DNA of 64,000 bases from Marsupella aquatica (GCA_973895155.1 OZ316892.1:22731168-22795167); one strand, 5' to 3'. Shown: positions 1-12,273, counted from the stretch's first letter. Numbers and translations: made by a program. Notes: a model not told the origin generated them from the letters alone.

Positions 1-91
1 TATAACAAAGGAGGAACAAACGCCATAGGTCAAACAACAAGTGAATTATGGTCTTGTTTTCACTCTTACTGAGTATAATATAGATCTCCAC

Positions 92-3000
92 CTTCAGCTC
101 CTCTCTTGTAGATTCGAACTCTTGCCTCTGCTCGTTTAGAGCCTTTTGAAACTCATTCTCCATGGCTGCCATCATATCTTTCAATTCCTAAGACAATCTC
201 CAGCCCCAGCCATGTTGTATTTACAACCGCATTCAAGAGATTTAAAAGAGAATACCACTCTAGCTAAAAGCACGTCTTTTAGGATATTGTCAAATTCAAT
301 ATTTGGATGTTTTGTGAGGTGACATGTTTTGAGGTCTTTTACAATGAACAGTTTGTAGAGCATCCCTTAGACATGCTCCCACATCATGGCTGAGAAAGAT
401 TTGAAACAAAGTCCCTCTTAGAAATGCTGCTTAATTGTTTACCAAGTAGAAATGATTTTCTTATGGGCTGCTAGCTCTATTGAGAAATTAAGTACCTTTC
501 TGTTTTTTTCATGGCTAGATGTAATGAATACTCTCTCTTTTGAGAATTCTTCTTCTATCCGCTGAAGTTTGCTTTGAAAGTCTACTTCCATGATCTTCAC
601 TTATGCACATGATATTATACAGTCATGATGGGCACACAATCAGACGTATCATCTCATCTCAACCAAGTTGTTTGGAAGAGACAAGCAACAGTCTTCACAT
701 GGACAAAATCTCTACCAAAGAAATGGTCAAGCCGTGGTTTTCAATTGAAATGTATGTTGAAGGGTGACATACACAATAATGCACACTGTGCATGGGTTTG
801 AACTTCAGGTAGAATTTTTACATTGTCAAAGCTTACTGACAAGACATCCATTTCAAGAAACTCCATGAGAATTTCAACTGCAAGTTATTACAATTAGGAC
901 GTCACAGAAAGACTCAAAGCACACATTGTCTGTGATAGAGAGTAATAATATACCTGAACTCTTGTGTGATGAAGGTCAATCAATGTGCTTAAAGTCTGAG
1001 CATGGTTATTGAAGGCAAATTCATATTGTTCATCAGCTTCATCCAGTCTTGTTGCAAGTCGTTCTATAGTTCCAGTCTTCACCTTTATCTGGTTTTGCAG
1101 CATCACAGTTGCAACATAGAGTCATGTGTATTCACCTTGCATGATAAACTGTGGACAAGAACATAACTAGAGAGGTTGTTAACTATATCAGTTATTAGTC
1201 ACTGATATCAGTTGGCTTAGCCTCCTAGTCGAGTGAAAATAATTAAACATTTTTAACTCGAAGATGTTCACCAAGTGGGGCGCCAAGCCTGCCGAGTGGG
1301 GCAGAATAACTTGGAGGCCCAGCAAGGTACTTAATATCATGGGAAAAAGTTGTCTCAATGCATAAGAGAAACTGATACCTGATATGAGTGATGGATACCT
1401 GACATTGGTGCACTACTCATCTAAAATGTGGGTGACAAGCCCCAAATTTACTGTAACTTAACTTTGATGCAAGAATGTTAGGGTGTTGGAAGAAGTGCCT
1501 TGAAAATTGATGCATTAAAAAAGTTATTTATTGTGTACAATAAATGTTCTATGCCATGAGTAAGCTTCTCCCATTCCAACACATTCAAAATGACAGTTTT
1601 GATCTTTCAACCATCCACAGCCAATAAGAGGGGCTTACATGTTGAGTCAGAAATACAGATTCTGTACTCATTTTTCTGCATTCAGGACACTAGAGAAGAA
1701 GTGGCATATATAATACTTACTCTGTGATCATATTCTTCTGCAATTTTTTCAATACTCTCGTGCATGGCTTGAGCATTCTCACTCCTCATCACAGCCCTCC
1801 AATCCATGTGTATTCTGTGCATGTTGAATCTGCTTATTTTCTCTTCTGCCTCCTGCAATTTCAATGCAAGCCCAATATTATAAAAGAATCTCTTTGAAGC
1901 AAGGTAAGTATGCTGGTTGAGCACCTTATGTAAGGTCATGCTCTACTTTAATGCTGCCCCTAAACTAATTCCTCCTTCCACAAAAGTCATGTTTAAAGTT
2001 GGGTTTTATTTTAATTGTTGTAAGGGAGAAAGGCAAGAGCCAAAATCTTCATAACATGAGAAAAGTTGCAGAAAGAGACCAAGGCAAAGCTAAGTTTGGT
2101 CAATAAAAAGAGGGTAGCTCAAAACAAACTATAAGGTTGTATTTTTCCTTCAAGAAAAGGAACACGAGAGTAACATGTACATAAACACTCTCACGTGTGT
2201 TGTATTCTCTGACTATCACTAGTAGAAACCGGGGTGTTTTGTGACCCGACCACTTATGACAGGCTTGACCACCATTGTGCGCAGCCCACACTTCAGTCAT
2301 ATTACGACTGGCTTGATACCCCCCAAACTTTAGTCACAAGGAGTCATGGGCAGTCGTAAAACTTAGTCATAAAACACCCCGGTTTCTACTAGTATATTGA
2401 GTGGAGGCTAAAAGATGGAGATTTATTGTGGCTTGAGCTAAATAATTGAAAATCTAACGTACTGTTTGAATTTAAAGGAGACTGAGGCCCTTTCCTACTC
2501 TTGTTTTTTGCTTTTTCCTAGTCATAAGCATTCAAAACATTACACCTCAAGTGAGACAATTTATTTAGGGTATAATATGTCTTCTTGACACTGTCTGACA
2601 AAAATCAGCTTGCTACTGTAGTGCTATAAACTAAACTAAACTAAACTAAACTAAACTAAACTAAACTAAACTAAACTAAACTAAACTTTAAAGGATCACA
2701 CCTTGGCTTGAAGTATACTGTCTCTCCTTGCTCGGATTTTCTTTTTGCGAGCTTCTTCAGCCTGTCAAACATTTGCACTTTCAATTCTGGGACTCTAAGT
2801 TTGTCAAATCAAATAGGACTTGGAAACAGTCAGACTAGACATCTCACAGCTGAGACCTTATTTGAAAGATGATTTAGTTACATGGAATTGGAAAGCTTAT
2901 AACATAGATTTGTCAGTAGACAAATAAATGCAAACATCATCTAGGCATATATGACCAGTTTTTATCAAATAGACTTTGGGAAGCTTGTTACTGTGCAAAT

Positions 3001-3930
3001 CTAACAAACTCCCACCTGAAGAGCCAGTAGTTCTGCTTTGGCCTGTTTCTCCTCGTCAGTGAGCTGTCTCTTTGCCTACATCAAAATATAGTCCATCTAC
3101 TCATTAAACCCCGCAGTTTTGAGATGCTTATGTACACGTTAAACTGCAACAATATTAGCTACAAAGCCTCCTTCGTAAGGCAACTTTGGCACAAAATAAT
3201 ATATTAGAGATAGCGCTCCTGATCAAATGCTTGAATTTAATCAGGAGATGCCCATAGTCATGTTAGTAAATTAGCAGAGGAGCCATGCAAGGAGCTTGAA
3301 ATTCAACAATAGTTTGCTTTAAATTAAGGGCTTGAGGGCCAAGATCTCATTAAGGCAAGCTGACCAAATGCTTGAATTTGATCAGAAGAGCTGCACATAA
3401 TTCTGATTATTTATAAAAACTTTGTTGATCCTGGTCCAAGATTCATTAAGACAGGGAATCCCATGAAGGGTTCAATAACTCGAGGCCAAGTCTCTGCAAT
3501 TGCCAAGGTTTCATTAAGAGGAGAAATCCCTTGGAGGGTACAAGAGACTCGAGCCAGACTAGTAAGGCCAAGTCTAAGCAATTGAGTAGTGGAGAAATAA
3601 CAGAGAAAATCGACAACCATTCTGTGAGCAGACTTTTGCTTATTCTTCAAGGTTTGCTAGAAACACTGGAAGAGTAAACTACAAATCCAACTGAATCCCT
3701 CCATTGGCCAAAACCTCATGGAGCAGCGTGCACGTGGAGGGTTTGAATTTTGAGCTGCCTGAGCTGTAACAAAGAGGAGAACATAAACTCTAAAGTATCT
3801 CCAATTTGAGTTTTGAGAAGAATCCAAGAAACAAATCCACAGTGATACCCTCGACTTTCAAAATGTAGGATTGCAAATAGTTAAACCCATGATTATTGAA
3901 TTCAAGTACCTTTTTCTTCTTGGGCCCCAT
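92..3930 (-). CDS. DRC2: Dynein regulatory complex subunit 2 (CCDC65/DRC2/FAP250), 5' part; the gene continues off the left edge
   Basis: Seven phase-0 GT-AG exons (3930-3910, 3075-3016, 2761-2702, 1852-1721, 1088-954, 594-496, 187-92) splice into MGPKKKK-AKRQLTDEEKQAKAELLALQ-AEEARKKK...IHMDWRAVMR...LDEADEQYEFA...EEEFSKER...DMMAAMENEF...RQEFESTREELK. This coiled-coil sequence follows the CCDC65/DRC2 pattern (W-R..MR, L.EAEEQY, EFE.ER, AAME.EF). Confidence 0.85.
2217..2394. mobile_element. Non-autonomous CACTA-type miniature element in a DRC2 intron
   Basis: Terminal inverted repeats CACTAGTAGAAACCGGGGTGTTTT...AAAACACCCCGGTTTCTACTAGTA, with a 3-bp target duplication TAT (2214-2216 and 2395-2397). 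Confidence 0.85.
2626..2686. repeat. (CTAAA)n pentanucleotide microsatellite, intronic
   Basis: About 12 perfect CTAAA units just downstream of the exon 3 donor on the minus strand. Confidence 0.95.
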
Positions 3931-5443
3931 CTCTTGAGATCAAATCGTCAAAAACAAGGGTTGGAAATGAATGTCTGTCAGATGTGAGTCAATTTCCTCC
4001 TCCTTCCTCTGCATCTTGCTTTGGTGGCCATCTCAACTTCCTCACCCATAGCACGAATGGCAATACCAGTGCCTTCCATTGGTTTTGTTTGTTGATTTGG
4101 GTAACTCCACAAAAATTTTGCTAGGAGAAGCAACCAGTGGAGGAGTTTGGAGAATTACAGCTAAGGCGGTGCAAAAGGTTCAATTGAGGGGGACAGGAAT
4201 AGGAAAGGCAATCTTATCAACTTATGTGATTGAATGGGAAAGGCAAGAATGCAGAAATTTCCAAGAGTAATATAGTAGAGAGATTACAAAGTGTAAACTT
4301 CTTCGCCCGATAAAAATGATGCATGCTTGTGCTCTCCCATTCTAAAGGTTTTAGGTCTGACTAACGCTGTTATTGCTTCTATCATGACATCTTGTGATGT
4401 CAACACACAAAGAATCTCTGAATATGCTCGAACCTCAGTGGTGGAACCTGTTAATTAATCAGAAACAAAAATTAATTAGTGAAATCGAGGTTGTCAAATA
4501 CGAAACCTTCCCAATGGGAACACTCTATAGACATGTTCTATTGCTCAATAATTTGACTTAAATTGCAGTTTTGGGGCCATGGGAAAGGGTCTTTCGGAAT
4601 TCATCTCCAAAGGTGAAAATAGCCTCTCTGGTAGTCTTGTTTTGGCCCTTCCATGCAAAACAGGGTAGTGGTTCTCATTGGGCCAATATTCTGGTGGTTT
4701 GGCTGAATGCAAAACTTGGATTATAGTAGGTAAATGGGGAATAATTAACTCCATGGGAATAATAAATTTTGTGAGAAATCTCCAAGAGCATACCATGTCT
4801 AATGCCTCACAATGAGTTGGGCAAACACTTCCTTGACAGTGTAACCTGCAAGTGTAGGCATTTTCTTTGTTCCACCCCAACCTCTCCATTCTCGATATGG
4901 TCTTCAGCTGCGATTGACTTCTTAGTTAAGTAATTACACCAAGAGCAAGCTCCAATAATATCTCAAACCCCCTTCTCAAAAGAAACGCCAGGGTAGACAT
5001 AAAGGTTTGACTAGATCCTTGAATGGACTCACAGAACCCTGATAGACAACAAACCAAACATACAATTATACTCCAATGACACTTTTTACAGTTTTTTCAG
5101 AGGATATTACTTCTGTTTTGTTACACTATATTTTAAATGTGTCCATTGGAAGTTTCCATAACCAACCATTGTCTATGGGAGTTTTTCTTTCCTCCTTCAA
5201 AGACCATTGTCATCCAGTTGTGATTTTAATACTTGAAGAACTCTTAAAAATACGAAAACCCAAAATAGTGGTACCAAGGCAACTAAAAATCCAGTGTCAT
5301 TGCAGGATATTGTGACTACCCTCCTCCCATGAGTAGAATGCCTGGACGGTCTACTCAAATAAGAAAAAGCGCCTACTAGGAGAAAATCTGGTTTATACTC
5401 ACATAGAGCATGATAGGCGATCTCAATAAGCGTACCTCATTTG

Positions 5444-5656
5444 TAATCCTGTTGTCATCATGCTTTTGCCTCTCATTTTCTTCTTCAATGAGCAATAATT
5501 GATAAAGTTTAAGCTACTATGAACCACTGTTCAAACAGATGAGGGGCATCATCAGATGAGCCACGTCTAATCCTGTTGTCATCATCCTTTCCCCGCTCAT
5601 TTTTTCTTGAGTGAACGATAATTAGTAAATTCTAAGCTGCTATGAACCACTGTTTA
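5444..5656. repeat. Degenerate ~124-bp tandem duplication downstream of SOQ1
   Basis: taatcctgttgtcatca...ctatgaaccactgtt occurs at about 5444 and about 5568. Confidence 0.75.
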
Positions 5657-5861
5657 ATCATATAAGCTCGCATAAACTTGGGCATACTCAGATGAACCAC
5701 TTCTAAACACAAAGGCAGTTCATTGGAGAATGTCAAAGTTCATGGGAGCTGATACTTTTAGAACGTGATTTATTAAAGCTTTCAGAGCATAAATTTACAT
5801 ATTGGAATGACTCGTAAGAAAATCACCATCATATAGGTCCATCCTAGAAAATCGTTGAAAT

Positions 5862-8800
5862 TTATGCAAGACCGGACAATGAATTCTTTGTTGATGTTTT
5901 CGATTGTACAAGATAAGAAATTGTAATCGATTGTGATGCCTCCTTCTGCTCTGAGCTGACAGGTACCTCAAAAGCCAATGCCTTGTAAAGGCAAACCTCG
6001 TCCTGTTGACAATAATAAACCTTGCAGGAAATTCTAACACTGCTGGAGCTTGAGCTACCAGGGATTCTAGAGAATTGCAGCTTGGCTCGACCATCAGGAC
6101 CAATGTTTCCACTTGCTGGCTCAATAGTCACACCTGAGTCTTGTTCAACATCGGCTTCGTATTTACTCTGAGCCTCTGTGGTAAAATGAAATTCTGAAGG
6201 AAGTTTGAACTCAAGCTGGAGTTCGCCGCTTGTGGAAGATATTGGAGCAACTTGAACAATCTCTGTGTCTGATGACAATCGCCGCCTCAACCGTCTAGGT
6301 GCAGTCACAGGGGATGGGGGAGGCGGTGCGACTCCTTTCAGTTCCAATGTTTTGAGAGTTGGGCTGCCCTTTGCACTAATATCCAGTACTCTAATTACGT
6401 TGTTGTTAGTGTCTGCAACAAATAGCGTGCCATTGGGACCTTGAGCCAGTCCGGCAGGTTCTGAGAGCTGGGCAGACTGACCCTTCCCATCTTTGAAGCC
6501 TGCTTTTCCTGTTCCTGCAATGCTTGTAACCTTTTGACTTCCCTTCTCAATCGCTTTCACCTTGTGGTTGTACGAGTCGGCAATGTAGATGAGACCATCG
6601 GTCCCATTCAGAACACCCAGGGGATGCTGGAGCAACGCTTTTGATCCGACGCCATCCTTGTCTCCAAACTGAAACAGATTGTCAGCAAACATAGGATCAC
6701 CACCAGCAAGGAGCTTAGATCCTCCCGTCTTCAAGTCCATCAATCTGACAGAGCTGCTCTCGCTATCAGCAACGAAGATCTCTTTTGTATCTGTTCCCAA
6801 GGACAGGCCTGAAGGTTGTGCATATGATGTATTTGAACCACTCTTTCCATTAAGATTGCGCTCATAACCATCTCCACTGAATACCTTCGCGACACCATCT
6901 GACAGGTTGATCTGCCAGATCTGATGCTGCCCGGCCAGTGCAACGTAGAGGACTCCATAACTAGAGTCAAGGCACACATCCCATGGAGAATTCAGGACCT
7001 GTGACAAGCCTTTATTGCCACCCTTGTAGTCTGCGCCTTTTTCACCATTACCGGCAAGCGTTTTGACACTCTCATTGACGAAGTCAATCTCCCTAACAGC
7101 ATGATTCTCGGTGTCTGCAACATAGAGCACATTCTTGCTTGGATTGTAAGTCAAACCCTGTGGACGATTGAAAGCTGCATACTCGAAAGAGCCATCTCTG
7201 AAGCCTTCACCTCCACCACCACCCACTTGCAATATGAACTTCCCTTCTAGATCAGTCACCACAACGCGGTGATTGTTGCTATCGGAGATAAATAACCGCT
7301 GGTTGGCAAGATCAGTTGCAAGTTTCCCTGGAAACTTGAGGGGAGAGGCTGCTAGTCGAGAATCTTTGTCCTTTTCCAACGCTTCAGGAACTGGGCGATA
7401 ATCTAGCAACTGTTTCTCTCCATAATAATTCAATGCAGCTTGGACTAGATCATCCAAATCCTTCCTATGACCTTCACCTGCAAGCTGGGCAATCACCTTG
7501 CCTTTGGGGCTAAGGACCATTAAAGTGGGCCATGAACTCACTCCCAGTTGCCTCCACATCACCATGTCTCCATCATTTACCACCGGGTGAGTAACATCAT
7601 AACGAAGGACTGCGTTACGGATGGCACTTGAATCCTTCTCATTGTCAAATTTGGCAGAGTGTACTCCCACAACAGTAAATGCCTGGTCAGCGTACTTTTT
7701 TTCAAGGTAAGATAGATCGGGGAGAATGTGCATACAATTGATGCAGCAATACGTCCAAAAATCAAAAACCACAACTTTGCCTTTGAGATCCCTTTGCAAG
7801 CTCAGGGGAGGTGAATTCAGCCACTCCAATTGTGGCTTGAAATCTTCAACCGACTCCCCACCTCCCTTGGCCTCCATGTCGGCAATGTACTTAGTGAACT
7901 GCTTGATACGTTGAGAAGAGGTTGCATCTGAATCATTTACCATGGGGCTACTCACCCCAAAAACTGCATTAAGCAACGCTTTTGGGGATGCATAAGACAT
8001 TGCTTTCCAATTTGACGCAGCAACCCCTATGCAACTGAGCCCAATCAACAGGCTACCAAATCTGAAAACGTCACGCCTTGTTGTCATAGGCCCAAGAGGA
8101 AGGACCAGTTCCTTATCAAGGCTCAAATTCCCTCCTAAATCTGAAAGAAAGGAGCTCGCCCGATCCACAACAGAAGGAAACTCAATGTCGGCCATCGGCA
8201 GTTCTTGAGATTCAGGTGCTGTTGAGCTTGGGCCACTCCCTGATTCAGGAGGCTCCTGCAGTGTGAGCAGGTCTTCCACAGATATTTTCGAGATGTCCTT
8301 TCTAATCAGAGAAGGTCCTGCTGGCTGCAGTCTTTCCTCGTCAAGGGTAGTAGTCACAGCAATGCATCTCATTCCAGCTGCCCTAGCTGCTTGAACCCCA
8401 GCAAGTGCATCCTCTACAACCACACACTCTTCTGGGGGAAGGCCAAGAGCCTTGGCTGCAGCAAAAAAAATGTCAGGAGCTGGCTTTAGATTTTTGAACA
8501 AATCCGCTGACACAATTGCATCAAAGTTGTCTTGAGGGAGGCCTGCAGCAGCCAGATTGGCATCCACCTTGACCCTGTCCGCACTTGAAGCCACTGCCAT
8601 CTTAAGACCTGCCTCCTTGCATTGCAGAATGAGGTCCAGTGCCCCTGGGTAACCTAAGCCAGAATTCGGTAGGGCATACTTTGCAATGTATATTTCGAAG
8701 AAGCGTTTTTTGGCTGCGATCACATCAAATTGATCTACACCATATTTTGTTGCAACTCCTCCCAGAAAATTTGCTTCTCCTGTGCCCATAAAGGGAACGA

Positions 8801-9254
8801 AATCTTCCGCAACCACAGTGATCCCCATTTCAGCAAAGAGAGCAACTCCTGCATCCCTTGATGGCTCCTCGCTATTGCACAGCACTCCATCCATATCAAA
8901 CAGCACTCCTCTCACTTCAGGAGCTTTTTCTCGCTCCTCCTCTCCTGCTGTCTCGCTCTCAACCTCCCCCACCTCATTAGCCAGCGCTCGACCAATCTCT
9001 GCTCCCTTCTTCCTTGCTGCTGCTCGGGAATTGACCAATTCACCAACGGGCCCTGAATCTCTGGATGAACTCCTCTTCTTCAGCGAGCTCTGCAAAATCG
9101 ACAGAGCTGAAGGAAACGCGGAATTCAGTGGAAATGGGGCAGGACCCACAGATTGTTTCAGCTCCTCTGCATTTCTGCGCAGTTGTGAGGCCCTCGCCAA
9201 GCTGTTGACTCCCGGGCGTTGTGCACAAGGCAACAGTAGAAGCTTCGCCTCCAT
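5862..9254 (-). CDS. SOQ1: SUPPRESSOR OF QUENCHING 1 homolog (transit peptide, HAD phosphatase-like, TM, thioredoxin-like, NHL beta-propeller, C-terminal domain), single exon
   Basis: Uninterrupted ~1130-aa ORF from the ATG at 9254. It has HAD motif I FDMDGVLC, KPAPDIF and VVEDA, a hydrophobic TM segment, thioredoxin-like DFWTYCCINC, NHL repeats (FPGKL, ISDSNNHR, FNRPQG, LNSPWD, LQHPLG, LSEPAG) and C-terminal VYYC...VCLY. Confidence 0.95.
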   Translation of the reverse strand: MEAKLLLLPCAQRPGVNSLARASQLRRNAEELKQSVGPAPFPLNSAFPSALSILQSSLKKRSSSRDSGPVGELVNSRAAARKKGAEIGRALANEVGEVESETAGEEEREKAPEVRGVLFDMDGVLCNSEEPSRDAGVALFAEMGITVVAEDFVPFMGTGEANFLGGVATKYGVDQFDVIAAKKRFFEIYIAKYALPNSGLGYPGALDLILQCKEAGLKMAVASSADRVKVDANLAAAGLPQDNFDAIVSADLFKNLKPAPDIFFAAAKALGLPPEECVVVEDALAGVQAARAAGMRCIAVTTTLDEERLQPAGPSLIRKDISKISVEDLLTLQEPPESGSGPSSTAPESQELPMADIEFPSVVDRASSFLSDLGGNLSLDKELVLPLGPMTTRRDVFRFGSLLIGLSCIGVAASNWKAMSYASPKALLNAVFGVSSPMVNDSDATSSQRIKQFTKYIADMEAKGGGESVEDFKPQLEWLNSPPLSLQRDLKGKVVVFDFWTYCCINCMHILPDLSYLEKKYADQAFTVVGVHSAKFDNEKDSSAIRNAVLRYDVTHPVVNDGDMVMWRQLGVSSWPTLMVLSPKGKVIAQLAGEGHRKDLDDLVQAALNYYGEKQLLDYRPVPEALEKDKDSRLAASPLKFPGKLATDLANQRLFISDSNNHRVVVTDLEGKFILQVGGGGGEGFRDGSFEYAAFNRPQGLTYNPSKNVLYVADTENHAVREIDFVNESVKTLAGNGEKGADYKGGNKGLSQVLNSPWDVCLDSSYGVLYVALAGQHQIWQINLSDGVAKVFSGDGYERNLNGKSGSNTSYAQPSGLSLGTDTKEIFVADSESSSVRLMDLKTGGSKLLAGGDPMFADNLFQFGDKDGVGSKALLQHPLGVLNGTDGLIYIADSYNHKVKAIEKGSQKVTSIAGTGKAGFKDGKGQSAQLSEPAGLAQGPNGTLFVADTNNNVIRVLDISAKGSPTLKTLELKGVAPPPPSPVTAPRRLRRRLSSDTEIVQVAPISSTSGELQLEFKLPSEFHFTTEAQSKYEADVEQDSGVTIEPASGNIGPDGRAKLQFSRIPGSSSSSSVRISCKVYYCQQDEVCLYKALAFEVPVSSEQKEASQSITISYLVQSKTSTKNSLSGLA

Positions 9255-10018
9255 GGAGCCCAACTCCCAAAATTCTCACAAAAGCGTTCAGCAATTCCAC
9301 GAGTGCTTCAGACTCCAACCTACGAGAAATTCATAACATTTTCGCTCATGAATGGCGAGAAGGAAGGATTCTGTTTGCTGATTATGAGGATTTGAAGCTC
9401 TTCTTCAAAATCTCGCAGTCCCCTCGTCTTCAAGGGTGATGGTTATACTCCTCTGAGACTTGGATTAGAGTACAGTAGTTCTATAGGTCTATCCACTTCT
9501 CTTTCCATTTCACATATCGGGGCAACGTATCAGCATTCACACCCACACAATTTTTGGGATTAAAATCTGGCGATGGCGAAAGATCTATTGTGAGTACAGA
9601 CATTTACTGTAGTTACGAATGGGTAACCCATGGTCTGGAGGAGGTTAGACCATCTCCAAGGTTACTGGGTTTGGTTACTGGGTTTGGTTACTGTGCTACG
9701 TGGACGGTAACTAATGGCCCAAGGGGTTATGGGTTGTAATCCCTGAGAGCATTGAGCTCAAGTGGGGTTATAGCCATGGCCCTTGAGTGACCATGGATTA
9801 CCGAGTGTAAGCCATAAGTGTATTTTTGCTCTACTTTTTTATTTGAAATTGCACATGACATTGGATGACACTCTAGGCAGGCTAGCGACGAGGCCAAAAT
9901 CTCACAACCCCCGGCCAGACTGGCAGGGGGTTAGGACTCAGAGCTATCCATAGAAATACAAAGCAAAATGTATAGGAGGGATTTATGAATGGATAACCCA
10001 TGGAGGCAAGGGGATTTA

Positions 10019-10579
10019 GAGCATTTCCAAGGTTACTGGGTTTGGTTTGGTTTGGATACCCAGGCTGATCTTAGTGGTATCCCAGTTTGTGCAAAAACTA
10101 AAATATTATTAAAAATTGGACCTGAGTGACAAAATGATTTCGCTTATGAAACCTCAAAAAGAATTCTGTGATGTAAATTTTAAGAATGTTCTAAGCATAT
10201 TTATATTAACACTCAGTGTATGCATCATCTAAAATATTATTGTGATGTTTGAGTTATATCCTGAAATTAAATTTTATTACTTTTGGAGCAGGTCCTGCAT
10301 GACACGACTGTATTACAAGTAGCAGTCATGGAAGTGAAACACTTTTTGGACAATTTTACTCCACACCAGAAATTCACACCACCTTAGATTATAATCTACA
10401 AAATCTAGCAATGAATCGTAGATTGTCTTTCCAATACAAATCTAGAAACCCAAAAACCCAGTGTTTGAAAACGTGATAGTTTTACACTGAATTCTAGAGA
10501 TGACTTTTTACGTTTTACTTCTTGGGTTCAATCAACAGCCAATTAAATTAAGGCTTTCCGGTAAGGGTTGGAGATGCTC
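10019..10579. mobile_element. Tourist/PIF-type MITE; a related 5' end lies at 9648
   Basis: Begins GAGCATTTCCAA after TTA and ends TTGGAGATGCTC (GAGCATCTCCAA-type TIR). AT-rich interior. The right flank is GTA, so the TSD is imperfect. Confidence 0.55.
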
Positions 10580-12162
10580 GTATGGGGTGTAATTTGTGAG
10601 GGCAGTGAGCCCTAGGGGGTGACAGAGCTTAAACCCTCATTGTGTCGCCCAGAACTATGCTTGCAAGGAGAAAGACTCACAAGGAGGGTTAATTTTTTTT
10701 GGGCAAGGTCTGCCGGGAGCCCTGCATCCCACAGCAATTGGGTGCTTTGACAACACAGTATTAGGGGCTTTCCAAGAATAACTGGACCACAAATGACCAG
10801 TAGGTTTGAAGATTTTGCTTTAGGATGCCTTCACAAGAAGTGGGGGCCCATAGCTTAATTCTGTTCCCTTTGAGATTAAATCTGGACCTTATGATGAGTA
10901 GGACAGAGTATTGTAATAGGCCAAGAACTCAACTTGGTAAGGTGAATTTCTCTTATGGCTGACAAAAGGGTAGTATAATAGATGATGGTGAGGAGGCAAT
11001 TTGGGTATTTGACCTGTGGCTGTTGCGTCGTAGGGTTGGGCTTTCTTGGTTTGCTAGTATGGGATGGGGCCTTTGGGGAGGATACTTTGGCTCCCCCTCC
11101 CTTCAGGACTTTAGTGGTGCTTTTGGGTTTTTCCTTCCCTGGTTGGTTGTTGGACATTTGCTTTTGTTGCTGGCCGTCCGGTGGACACTGTGCCTGGTTG
11201 GTTTGCCTTTGGCTACTTGTTTTCCCCTCATCAATGGGGTTTTTGCGGAATCATGTTTTTGGGTGTTATGTTAGTATGTTCCATAATTAGTTTTCTATGA
11301 CAACTTCTCTACTCACACTATTTCCAGTGTCATGCTATTCCAGGAGTCACACTAACTTCATACTAACCCTAAAATACACTACCTTCGTACAAACGGTAAA
11401 TCACCTGCTTTTAATAACATTTCCAACCCACACTTCCCACACCCAGGTAATGTGACTACACTTACCACAAGATTCATTGTTTCACACAACATTTTCGGTA
11501 TCAGTAGTCCCACCACAATAATGTGGCCTGATTCCTATAATTAACATTACTTGTAACACAATGAGTCACTTTCAATTATTGTTAATACTAGTTAGTGTTA
11601 GTAAGGCTGATTCCAGTTGGTTTTGGTTATGTGTACACACTTAACCCTTTCGTTGCCACTGATTTCTGGCAGCAGCGACACTGTCTACTTTGGGTCCGCC
11701 TCCGATCGTTTGCCCTTTTTTGTTGGTTTTTCCAGGCCCTCTTTCGGTGTTTCTTTTGCCGGCCACGGTTGTGATCCCGCCTCGGCCGCCGCGCGACCAC
11801 CTTCCGGTACCCACGGGTTGCAGGTCGATGCCTTTATTTTTGCTCATAGCCTCGTAAAGGGTCGCGTGCCAGGTTTATCGCCACCTCGCGGCTGTGTGTT
11901 TATAGGGTGCCCTTCTCCCTCTGTGTATACACATCGGGGGCGACAGCCCTTTCCTTACCATTTTATTTTCCTTTCGCTTGCCGGTACTGCATAGGCCATC
12001 GTGCCCTCCACTCTTTTCCCACCCGCCATTTTCTTTATTTTCCCACTCGCGGTTTTCTCTCCTTTTCCCCCGTTGCCAGCACTTAAAATAGGGGAGAGGG
12101 AACGAGTACAAGCAAGAGCCGAGAGGGAGAGGGTACGAGGCCCTATGGCAAATTAAGAGGGC

Positions 12163-12273
12163 CAGCCTGGTGATTTTTGTGTGGCCTGTAGTACCGGGTT
12201 GGAAGCCCATAGCCCTTTCTCTCTCCTCAGGACTAGGTTCATCCCATGTACCGGTAGAATGTCGATAAACCAG
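12163..12273 (-). pseudogene. Remnant resembling the C-terminal motif IX region of a C5 cytosine DNA methyltransferase inside the retroelement polyprotein
   Basis: Minus strand reads LVYRHSTGTWDEPSPEERERAMGFQPGTTGHTKITRL, fitting the C5-MTase motif IX pattern (..E.eR.mGFp..yT). It lies just downstream of the protease region on the same strand. Motifs I-VIII are not visible. Confidence 0.55.

Noticed and set aside
2626-2686. Possible interstitial telomere repeat
   Set aside because: The unit is CTAAA/TTTAG, not the plant CCCTAAA; treated as a plain microsatellite.
4545-5315. ORFs of 114 and 79 aa between DRC2 and SOQ1
   Set aside because: No recognisable motifs; the region looks like decayed repeat DNA.
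8782-9336. 184-aa plus-strand ORF and other short ORFs overlapping SOQ1
   Set aside because: Antisense or alternate-frame shadows of the SOQ1 CDS.
10876-11290. Overlapping K/P-rich and hydrophobic ORFs
   Set aside because: Low-complexity, strand-biased sequence with no family support.
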